From assembly GCA_030619825.1 (NCBI GenBank), contig JAUXAS010000019.1, positions 1-13,279 on the forward strand: a stretch of 13,279 bases of DNA, in the 5' to 3' direction. A program made the translations under genes and the position numbers. Source of the stretch: Hadesarchaea archaeon (GTDB lineage Archaea; Hadarchaeota; Hadarchaeia; Hadarchaeales; Hadarchaeaceae). The notes under the pieces were generated by a model. The model was not told the origin of the DNA. It did no database searches and worked only from the letters and a program-made list of their open reading frames with translations. Each line of letters opens with the position of its first letter. Positions within the stretch are counted from its first letter, which is position 1. Of this stretch, positions 1-7,055 are shown in pieces.

Positions 1-28
1 ATGGGAAGATAAATAATGGAGACCAAAT

Positions 29-376
29 ATGGAAGAACTTCGTCCACGCGTAAAGCCGGCGAGGAACAGGAAAATCTCTGAGATAAAAATAGGCGATGAG
101 CGCGTGAGGGTAATCGGATTAGTCGTTGATAAGAAAGAGGCCGAGTTCGTGCTCGACGATGGTTCCGGTCGCATCACCGTGGTTTTCGATGATCCAGCAG
201 TGGTTGAGGGTGTGGAAATAGGCTCGAGAGTTCGCGTGTTCGGGACGCCGCTGAACGTTGCCGGTGCCCACGAGCTGCGGGCCGAGATTGTCCAGAAAGT
301 CGATGGGCTGGACCTAGGATTGTATGATGAGGTCAGGCGCGAGGTCAAAAAATTGGAAAGGGAGCTCGAGGGGTGA
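29..376 (+). CDS. Replication protein A small subunit (RPA14/Rpa3-like, single OB fold)
   Basis: 115 aa: KPARNRKISEI..RVRVIG..FVLDDGSG..GSRVRVFG..LRAEIVQ plus a C-terminal helix, as recalled for Pyrococcus RPA14. GGAG SD at 18-21. Lies directly upstream of pcn. Confidence 0.8.
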   Translation: MEELRPRVKPARNRKISEIKIGDERVRVIGLVVDKKEAEFVLDDGSGRITVVFDDPAVVEGVEIGSRVRVFGTPLNVAGAHELRAEIVQKVDGLDLGLYDEVRREVKKLERELEG

Positions 377-383
377 AGTGAAA

Positions 384-1139
384 ATGGTGAGTGTCAGGAT
401 GGCGGATTCGAAGACTTGGAAGACATGCGTGGGCGCGATGGTGAACCTCATCGACGAGGCGGCGTTCAAGTTCACCCCCGATGGCATCAAGATGAAGGCG
501 ATGGACCCCTCGCACGTTGCTCTGTTGGATTTCGAGTTGCCGGCCTCGGCATTCGAAGAGTACAAGATTAAGCAACCAACGACTTTGGGCATAGGTCTCA
601 CTGAGATGAACAAAATCCTTGCACGTGCAAAGGCCGAAGATGAACTGGCCCTCGAGCTCGACGAGGAGAAAAATCGTTTGACCCTCACATTCAAGGGTGT
701 ATCGACGAGGCGCCTCAGCTTGCCACTCATAGATGTAAGCGAGGCAGAGTTGCCTGAGCCAAAGCTTCAGTTCACCGCGACCGCCGATGTGGTGGCGGGG
801 GTGATTCAAGACGGATTGAAGGATGCCGAGATCGTGGGTGATAATGTAAAATTCGAATTGAGTGAGGATGGATTTTTCCTTTCCGCTGAGAGCGATAAGG
901 GCACATCTGAGCTCAAACTGCGCAAGGGCGATCAGGCACTGCCAAAGCTCAGCGTCAAGCAACCGGCGCACGCGATGTTTAACATAAAATATCTCAGCGA
1001 TATGGCAAAGGCAGCTGGGTCATCGGATGTCATCACCATTAACTTGGGCACGGATTTGCCGATTCAGCTGGACTTGCAGGTCGCTGAGGGCAAGGGCAGA
1101 CTGCGGTTCTTGTTGGCTCCAAGGATCGAGGCGGAGTAA
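384..1139 (+). CDS. pcn: PCNA, DNA polymerase sliding clamp
   Basis: Motifs AMDPSHVAL, FEEY and C-terminal LRFLLAPRIE. Start moved from 324 to in-frame ATG 384 (MVSVRMADSK), downstream of the SD GAGGGGTGA at 368-376; 251 aa. Confidence 0.97.
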   Translation: MVSVRMADSKTWKTCVGAMVNLIDEAAFKFTPDGIKMKAMDPSHVALLDFELPASAFEEYKIKQPTTLGIGLTEMNKILARAKAEDELALELDEEKNRLTLTFKGVSTRRLSLPLIDVSEAELPEPKLQFTATADVVAGVIQDGLKDAEIVGDNVKFELSEDGFFLSAESDKGTSELKLRKGDQALPKLSVKQPAHAMFNIKYLSDMAKAAGSSDVITINLGTDLPIQLDLQVAEGKGRLRFLLAPRIEAE

Positions 1140-1211
1140 CTTCACCGGCCTCAACGATTAAATGCGATGGCGTCAAATTATTCCAGAATGAACCGTTGGT
1201 GAGGCTGGCCC

Positions 1212-2492
1212 TTGATCGCTCCCGAGTATGTAGCAACGCTAGATCCGTTTGTAGATGAAGCAAAGAAGCTGGTGGAGACATCACCCCCGCTGGATTCGAT
1301 GCCGCAGGAGATAGTCGACCGAGCCATCGCACGCGTGAAATGGTCGAGCAAGGACATGGTGGTCGAGCCAGATGCTGAGGCAATTCGGGCTGACGTGCTC
1401 TCCTTCTACCTCATGTGTCAGGGTGTGGCCGCAGTGTCGTACCCCTACTCACGTGAGGCCCGCCTGATAAGTGACGCGACAAAGGAAACGATTAAGTATC
1501 GCATGTACGATCTTTTCAAACGCGGTCATGAGGATTCATGTTTGGATGTGGTCAAGCGTTCGCTCAAGCTCGTCCAACTGGAAGGCGGCGATGGGGTCAA
1601 GCTTGGTGGTGTAGAGATCCCACGGGAGGACTTCTACAAGATACGTGACAGACGCCTAGCGCAGGATGGCATAGAAACCATAGACGATCGCCTACTCCCA
1701 CAGTATTTACCCAAGTATGCGGTGCGCTGGACGGACCTTGCGCCCCTACTCAGGCGTCAACGTGCCGAGCTAAGTGTCGAACTAACGAAGCTCTACCTGG
1801 TGAACGGCAGGGCAGTGATCACTCCCCGCGATCTCTGGGACCTTTTTTCAAAGTTCATAGCCGTGCGAGCCGAGGAATACGTGGCATCGGTATACGAGCG
1901 CTTTTCTGACATCGGGGCACCGTCCAAGCGACTTGCCGAAGTTGGCGAGCGCATATCGTCACTTCTGCCTTCGGAGCTCGAACTTCGCGAGAGATTCGCG
2001 CGCGTGCCAAGCGGAAAGCTTCGCCCGGAGTTCTTCCCATCATGCGTGAAAATAGCTATGGGTGGGGTCGGCTCCGGGTTGAGGAACTACGCGATTACCG
2101 TTCTGCTGACGTCATTTCTTTCGTACGCGCGTGCTTCTCCCCCGCCTGCCGCCACTCGGATCGGTGATTTTATCAAGGACATTCCGGTCATTCGGGATGA
2201 GATTGCGGCGCCAATCTTTGAGGCGGCCGAGCGATGCAAACCCCCGTTTTTCAAGGATCAACCCCAGGAAAAGGCGAACATTTACTACCATCTCGGGTTC
2301 GGCATGACAGCCGAGCCCCGTCCGGAGGAGAGTGGAAAATCGAAGTGGTACCGCGTGCCGAATTGCTCGAAAATACAGATGTCGGCCCCGCCGCTCTGCG
2401 ACCCGGATGAGCTCTGTCGCAAAATAAAGAACCCACTTACCTATTACTTCAGAAGATTATCCGAGCACGCGAGGTCGGGCACAGGCGGGTAA
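1212..2492 (+). CDS. priL: DNA primase large subunit PriL (C-terminal Fe-S domain)
   Basis: FFPSCVK..GVGSGLRNYAITVLLTSFLSYAR and WYRVPNCSKI..LC.PDELC..IKNPLTYY with conserved Cys. TTG start with SD GGTGAGG at 1198-1204. Immediately upstream of priS. Confidence 0.95.
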   Translation: MIAPEYVATLDPFVDEAKKLVETSPPLDSMPQEIVDRAIARVKWSSKDMVVEPDAEAIRADVLSFYLMCQGVAAVSYPYSREARLISDATKETIKYRMYDLFKRGHEDSCLDVVKRSLKLVQLEGGDGVKLGGVEIPREDFYKIRDRRLAQDGIETIDDRLLPQYLPKYAVRWTDLAPLLRRQRAELSVELTKLYLVNGRAVITPRDLWDLFSKFIAVRAEEYVASVYERFSDIGAPSKRLAEVGERISSLLPSELELRERFARVPSGKLRPEFFPSCVKIAMGGVGSGLRNYAITVLLTSFLSYARASPPPAATRIGDFIKDIPVIRDEIAAPIFEAAERCKPPFFKDQPQEKANIYYHLGFGMTAEPRPEESGKSKWYRVPNCSKIQMSAPPLCDPDELCRKIKNPLTYYFRRLSEHARSGTGG

Positions 2493-2493
2493 A

Positions 2494-3450
2494 ATGGAAA
2501 TGCATGAAGTAACCCCTGAGGAGCGAAGGCGATTTTACTCTGAAGAATGGAACAAACGCGAGTTGCCCGATTTCATCCTTCACACCCTCTCCCTCCGTGA
2601 GTTCGGGTTCGATCTGGATGGCACAGGGCCAAGCCACCGGTACAATCAGTTCATGACCGTCGAGCAGCTGGCGGAGTATTTACAAAACAGGGCCCCCTAC
2701 TCGGCATTCACCAGCGTCGCACTTTACGAGCAGCCGTCGATGCGGAAGGGATGGATGAAATCCGAACTTGCATTTGACATCGACGCAAAGGACCTCCCCT
2801 TGAGGAGTTGCAGCTGTGCATCCGGGAGCGTTTGCGAACTATGCATCGATGAGGCCCGCCGAATCGCGATGGAGTTCGCTGAAACCATGGGCAAGGATCT
2901 GGGGTTGCACAACATTAACTTTGTATATTCCGGCCGCGGCTTCCACATCCGAGTGATCGACGACGCGATAATGACGCTGGAGCAGACCGAGCGGGCCCAA
3001 ATTGTTGAGTACATCACCGGTGGCGTGATCCCGACCGATGTCACGATGGCGCTCGGATATTCTCAGGTCTTTAGGGAGCGCCTCGCGCGGACCTTTGAGG
3101 GGATGGATGAGCAGCGGCTTTCGAAAATTCGTGGGTTACGAAGGTCCGTGATTCAAAAGCTAATGGTGGAGAAGGAGCGGGCTTTAGGGGCGATACGCAG
3201 TGGAAAATTGGACGAGCTTTCCGAGCTCGAAGGGATTGGCCCAAAAACCTTTCGGCAGCTTTTGGAATTTTTAGTTAGGCTGAACTCGGAATTCACCGAC
3301 GGAAAGGTCACGATTGACACAAAGCGCATCTTGCGTTTGCCATCGAGCCTGCACTCCGGTGTAAGCATGAAATGCATGCTTGTGCGAGATATCGGGCGTT
3401 TCAAATTAGAAGACGCAGTCCCGAAATTTGTACATGAGCGTGGACATTGA
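2494..3450 (+). CDS. priS: DNA primase catalytic small subunit PriS
   Basis: REFGFD, catalytic ELAFDIDAKD, Zn knuckle CSC..VCELC, YSGRGFH and DGKVTIDTKRILRLPSSLH. Confidence 0.97.
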   Translation: MEMHEVTPEERRRFYSEEWNKRELPDFILHTLSLREFGFDLDGTGPSHRYNQFMTVEQLAEYLQNRAPYSAFTSVALYEQPSMRKGWMKSELAFDIDAKDLPLRSCSCASGSVCELCIDEARRIAMEFAETMGKDLGLHNINFVYSGRGFHIRVIDDAIMTLEQTERAQIVEYITGGVIPTDVTMALGYSQVFRERLARTFEGMDEQRLSKIRGLRRSVIQKLMVEKERALGAIRSGKLDELSELEGIGPKTFRQLLEFLVRLNSEFTDGKVTIDTKRILRLPSSLHSGVSMKCMLVRDIGRFKLEDAVPKFVHERGH

Positions 3451-4001
3451 TGGCTGAATTTTCGTATGAGGACGTGAAGCAGGCGTGGTTGGCGGAAAAA
3501 ACTTCACGCGAACTCGTGGAAATCCCAGAGGAATTTTACCAAAATGCAGCCAAGTACGTGGCGCAGCTGAACCTCGAGCTCAAGCATAGCGAACCCCTAC
3601 GAGGGGAGCTGCTAAAGGAGGAACTTCGAGATGTTTTTCGGATGACACAGGAAATCCACCTCTCCCGCGTGCTCAAAGCCATCGATGAGATAGCTCAGGG
3701 GAGGCTGCCGGCCCCCCTGTTGGAACGCGAGCGCCACACGTTCAGCGAGATAAGGCAGAGCTTGGAAAAGCTCTACGCTGAGCTCGTCTCCTCAACGATG
3801 GCTGGAAAGGCGAGGGTTGTGGCGCCTCGTGAAATAACAAATGTGTTATTGATTATGCAGGCTGAGGTTCCACCCATAGTCGGCGACGACCTTCGACAGT
3901 ACGGACCGTTCAAGAGTGGCGAGATAGTTAGCCTGCCGAGGCGTAGTGCCGAGCTCATGGTGAAGCATGGCCTCGCAAGAAAAATAGAGGTCAAGGTTTG
4001 A
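3447..4001 (+). CDS. gins51: GINS complex subunit, Gins51 (A-B domain order)
   Basis: Helical A domain (LVEIPEEFY, LLERER) followed by B domain (VPPIVGDDLRQYGPFKSGEIVSLP..AELMV..G.A). Conserved position between priS and rpl44e. Start is TTG 3447 or ATG 3450. Confidence 0.9.
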   Translation: MMAEFSYEDVKQAWLAEKTSRELVEIPEEFYQNAAKYVAQLNLELKHSEPLRGELLKEELRDVFRMTQEIHLSRVLKAIDEIAQGRLPAPLLERERHTFSEIRQSLEKLYAELVSSTMAGKARVVAPREITNVLLIMQAEVPPIVGDDLRQYGPFKSGEIVSLPRRSAELMVKHGLARKIEVKV

Positions 4002-4051
4002 CTCGACGATATCCTTTTTGGGGAAGAGGCTGAAGTTTTTTAAGGGAGTGT

Positions 4052-4330
4052 ATGATAATCCCAAAAAAACTCCGCACCTATTGCCCATCCTGTAGGAAGC
4101 ACACGAAGCACAGCGTTTCGCAGCTAAAAAAGCACTCCGCCCGCCCGTCAAGTTGGGGGCAGCGCCAGTTCGCCCGTGTCACGGCTGGTTATGGCAGCCA
4201 GCCGAGGTCCGAGCAGAAGAAATTTGCGAAGACATCGAAAAAAATCGTTCTGATGCTCAAGTGCAGCGTCTGCGGGAAGTCCCACCCCCACCGCGGTTTC
4301 AGGTCTAAGGGTGTGAAGTTCAAGGGGTAG
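4052..4330 (+). CDS. rpl44e: 50S ribosomal protein L44e (eL42)
   Basis: IPKKLRTYCPSCRKHT.H, GYGSQP and KTSKKIVLMLKCSVCGK. SD GGGAGTG. Confidence 0.97.
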   Translation: MIIPKKLRTYCPSCRKHTKHSVSQLKKHSARPSSWGQRQFARVTAGYGSQPRSEQKKFAKTSKKIVLMLKCSVCGKSHPHRGFRSKGVKFKG

Positions 4331-4338
4331 GTGAGTAA

Positions 4339-4518
4339 ATGGGAGGAAAACAGCGATCTAGATTTTTGAGGGTCAGGTGCAGCGATTGCGGGAGCGAACA
4401 GTCGGTGTATAGCCATGTTAGCTCCGTTGTCAGATGTAAGGTGTGTAGCAAGACGCTCGCGGTGCCCCATGGTGGGAAGGCGGAGATAAAGGCCACGATT
4501 CTCGAGGCGATGGAGTAG
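4339..4518 (+). CDS. rps27e: 30S ribosomal protein S27e (not in ORF track)
   Basis: Manual translation [59 protein letters not shown] (59 aa, C4 zinc finger). SD AGGTGA at 4329-4334. Conserved position after rpl44e. Confidence 0.96.
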   Translation: MGGKQRSRFLRVRCSDCGSEQSVYSHVSSVVRCKVCSKTLAVPHGGKAEIKATILEAME

Positions 4519-4530
4519 GGAGGCGATCAG

Positions 4531-5316
4531 CTGGTAAGGCGCAAGTCGGAGTGGCCAACCATCGATGAGTTTGTCATGTGCACGGTAACGAAGGTCTTCG
4601 CCCAAGGCGCATTCATGACGCTCGATGAATACGGTGGGAAGGAGGGAATGGTCCACGTATCGGAAGTCGCTTCGGGCTGGATCAAAAACATTCGTGATTA
4701 CATTCGAGAAGGGCAAAAGGGGGTGTGTAAGGTTTTGGACGTAGATCCTAAACGAAAGCACGTCGATCTTTCGCTCCGCAGGGTCAAGGATAGCGAGCGT
4801 AGGTGGAAGGTGCAACAGTTGAAACGGGAGCAGAGAGCCGAAAAGCTCCTCGAGCTGGTGGCGGCCAAGTTCGAAAAGAGTCTTGACGAAGCCTATGATG
4901 AAGTAGGCTTTGCGTTGCAAGACAAATTTGGTGATATATACTCAGCGCTCGAGTCGGTTGTGAAGGACAAGAGCGTACTAGCTGACGTGGTTAAGGATCG
5001 GCGCTGGGTGGACGCACTCAGCGAGGTCGCGGCTTCCGCGATAAAGCCACCATCTTATAAGGTCGTTGGTCACCTCGATCTGAGTTGCACATCCTCCAAC
5101 GGCGTCGAGGTGATAAAATCAGCCATGATAGATGCCCGCGACTCCACGAAGGGAAACGAAGTCGACGTGGAGTTATATTACGTGGGCTCGCCGAGATATC
5201 GCATCGAGGTTACTGCCCCTTCCTACAAAGCGGCCGAGAATGCGATGCAGAAGGCAGTTGAGGAAGCCATCGCAGCCGTGGAGAAGGCGGGTGGGAAAGG
5301 GGAATTTCATAGGTAG
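4531..5316 (+). CDS. eif2a: Translation initiation factor aIF2 alpha subunit, probable CTG start
   Basis: S1 domain (GAFMTLDEY, VHVSEVASGWIKNIRD, HVDLSLRRV) and C-terminal YVGSPRYRI..APSYK. The conserved-looking N-terminus (L)VRRKSEWPTIDEFV lies upstream of the track start 4576 and begins at CTG 4531, 7 nt after SD GGGAGG (4518-4523). Confidence 0.95.
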   Translation: MVRRKSEWPTIDEFVMCTVTKVFAQGAFMTLDEYGGKEGMVHVSEVASGWIKNIRDYIREGQKGVCKVLDVDPKRKHVDLSLRRVKDSERRWKVQQLKREQRAEKLLELVAAKFEKSLDEAYDEVGFALQDKFGDIYSALESVVKDKSVLADVVKDRRWVDALSEVAASAIKPPSYKVVGHLDLSCTSSNGVEVIKSAMIDARDSTKGNEVDVELYYVGSPRYRIEVTAPSYKAAENAMQKAVEEAIAAVEKAGGKGEFHR

Positions 5317-5326
5317 GGTGTTGTGG

Positions 5327-5488
5327 ATGAAACTGAAAAAGTGCAAGTCGTGCGGGGCATACACACTTAAGGACGTGTGCCCAAGTTGTGGAGGGCAGGT
5401 GATCTCCCCTCACCCACCAAAATTCTCCCCGCTTGATCCGTACGGCAAATACCGGCGGATGTTGAAAAAGCAGGCAGGGGAAGTGTGA
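5327..5488 (+). CDS. nop10: H/ACA RNP protein Nop10
   Basis: MKLKKCKSCGAYTLKDVCPSCGGQVISPHPPKFSPLDPYGKYRR (53 aa). It is the C-terminal part of track ORF 5132..5488 and follows aIF2-alpha, as is usual. Confidence 0.95.
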   Translation: MKLKKCKSCGAYTLKDVCPSCGGQVISPHPPKFSPLDPYGKYRRMLKKQAGEV

Positions 5489-6252
5489 AGATGAAAAAGA
5501 CAACGGTTAACATCCTCTCGAAGCCCAAGCTCAAGGCGCCGGTTCTGATTGAGGGCTTGCCTGGCATGGGGTATGTTGGGAAGCTGGCGACGGATCACTT
5601 ACTGGAGGAGCTTCACGCCGAGAAATTCGCCGAGCTTCGTTCACCCCACTTTCCCCATCACGTCGTGGTCAAAGCGGATGGCACGCTGAGGCCGCTTAGG
5701 AACGAATTTTACTCTGCACGCACCGACGGCAGAGATGTTGTAATTTTGGTCGGAGATGTACAACCCGTTTCCCCGGAGGGACACTACGAGGTTGTCGAGA
5801 ACATCCTTGATGTTGCCGAGCAGTTTAAAGTGAAGCGGCTCTTCACCCTCGGCGGGTATGCGACGGGTAAGTATTCGAAGACGAAGCCGAGAGTTATGGG
5901 AGTGGGTGACCGTGCACTCTTGGAGGAGCTCCGCACGCGTGGCGTTACGGTGGAGAAGGGCGGAGGGCCGATAATCGGAGCCGCCGGCCTGCTGCTGGGG
6001 CTTGGAAGACTGCGCGGGATGCAGGGGGCATGTCTACTTGGTGAAACCCACGGGATGGTGGTCGATCACCGCGCAGCGCAGGCGGTACTGGAGGTGCTCC
6101 TTGGTGTGTTGGGCATCAAGGCCGATATGAGCGCCCTCGAACGCCGGGCGAAGGAAACGGAGCGCACGCTCGATCGGATTCGAAAGGAGATAGAGCTTCG
6201 CACGCGCAAGGAGCGGCGGCGCGAAGAGGAAGAAGCTTGGTACATCGGATAA
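5485..6252 (+). CDS. PAC2-family proteasome assembly chaperone homologue (Pba-type)
   Basis: LIEGLPGMGYVGKLA, GDVQP, TLGGY, IIGAAGLLLG, CLLGET and C-terminal WYIG. Conserved position after nop10. Start is GTG 5485 or ATG 5491. Confidence 0.92.
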   Translation: MKMKKTTVNILSKPKLKAPVLIEGLPGMGYVGKLATDHLLEELHAEKFAELRSPHFPHHVVVKADGTLRPLRNEFYSARTDGRDVVILVGDVQPVSPEGHYEVVENILDVAEQFKVKRLFTLGGYATGKYSKTKPRVMGVGDRALLEELRTRGVTVEKGGGPIIGAAGLLLGLGRLRGMQGACLLGETHGMVVDHRAAQAVLEVLLGVLGIKADMSALERRAKETERTLDRIRKEIELRTRKERRREEEEAWYIG

Positions 6253-6451
6253 TGATTTTAACTTTTACAGAAGCTGAGTTAAATCATGTTGGAGAGAATG
6301 GGTGAAAGATCAACAATTTTCATAGCGATGGAACTTCAAAAACTGTCATGTGCCCGTTTACGCTAGTTGATGGGCGGTATTTAGAAGTTTAAAATTGGCA
6401 AGATGATTTAAAGAAGAGCCGATAAAGCTGGCACAGTATTTGAGAGGGGAG

Positions 6452-6458
6452 AAAAAAA
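6452..6458 (-). terminator. Oligo-T archaeal terminator candidate for ssb
   Basis: Seven T on the minus strand immediately after the TAA (6461-6459) of the -1 frame ssb tail. Confidence 0.5.
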
Positions 6459-6913
6459 TTAGTACCTTCTTCTACTCCGGTCCCTATCTCCGCCTCTGGA
6501 TCCGCCGCCGTACCTCGGCCTGAACCCTTCGCGCTGCTGCTCCGCGGCGCTGACATCGACTTCCATGTTGACATTTGGTATATCCTTGTCGGTTTTGTCA
6601 TCTTGCCGTATTTCCCGACGTTGAGGTGCATGTGTCCCCGCACGAGCGAGACGTATCCATTCTCTATAGACAGGACATCGCCCTCATTGACCGACCCGAT
6701 CTGATCCTGCCACAGGGAGAGTATAATCGTCCCGGTTTCGTCGCCCACCTTGGCCTCCGCCACCTTCTTTGCTGCTCCGCCGAGTCTGTTGGGGATCTCT
6801 TTTGGCTCCCCGACACCCGTGACCTTCACCAGCACGTTTACTTTATTCGACCTGGGCGTCAGATCTTTTACCTTCGTTATTCCCACTGGGCCCTCTTCTA
6901 TTTTTCCTTCCAT
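6459..6913 (-). CDS. ssb: Single-OB-fold single-stranded DNA-binding protein (crenarchaeal-type SSB) with apparent 1-nt frameshift at ~6593-6596
   Basis: OB fold KVKDLTP..VNVLVKV..VAEAKVGDETGTIILSLW..GDVLSIENGYV..LNVGKYG. The zero frame runs to 6389 in implausible sequence. The -1 frame gives TDKDIPNVNMEVDVSAAEQQREGFRPRYGGGSRGGDRDRSRRRY*, a G/R-rich SSB-like tail (151 aa total). Confidence 0.85.
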
Positions 6914-6943
6914 TCTATCCCTTTCTCCGTTGTGCGGGCCACG

Positions 6944-6951
6944 TATAAATA
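6944..6951 (-). promoter_or_regulatory. TATA box candidate for ssb
   Basis: TATTTATA on the minus strand about 30 nt upstream of the ATG at 6913. No clear BRE. Confidence 0.45.
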
Positions 6952-7007
6952 GTGATGTATGAAACTTTTTTAGTAAATGCTGTCCGATGTATCAAGTTTT
7001 AAGAAGG

Positions 7008-7055
7008 TTAGCACCGTTTCTTTCGCTTCTTCGTTCGCTTTTTGGCCTTTGCCAT
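7008..7055 (-). CDS. Putative 15-aa basic micro-peptide MAKAKKRTKKRKKRC
   Basis: ATG at 7055 preceded by GGGGGGGTGAAAA (SD-like, similar to the pcn start context). TATTTAATA box at ~7102-7110. 10 of 15 residues are K/R. Confidence 0.45.
   Translation of the reverse strand: MAKAKKRTKKRKKRC

Noticed and set aside
324..383. N-terminal extension of PCNA from ATG 324
   Set aside because: It overlaps the RPA gene by 53 nt. The SD and typical PCNA length support ATG 384.
4339..5316. rps27e and aIF2-alpha are in the same frame, separated by a single TAG, so amber read-through (pyrrolysine) could give a fusion
   Set aside because: Both proteins are complete on their own, a well-spaced SD precedes the aIF2-alpha CTG, shared frame has a 1-in-3 chance, and there is no pyl evidence in the window.
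5132..5326. Long N-terminal extension of Nop10 (118-aa track ORF)
   Set aside because: Alternative frame of aIF2-alpha. Nop10 homology starts at ATG 5327.
6252..6366. Tiny ORFs after PAC2 (MILTFTEAELNHVGENG*, MLERMGERSTIF...) and ATGATT...CTGA as a C/D box RNA
   Set aside because: No SD or compositional support for the ORFs. The C box does not match RTGATGA and there is no C'/D' pair.
6389..6592. C-terminal part of the 174-aa SSB as given in the track
   Set aside because: Out-of-frame read-through. The -1 frame gives an SSB-like tail, a stop and a T-tract.
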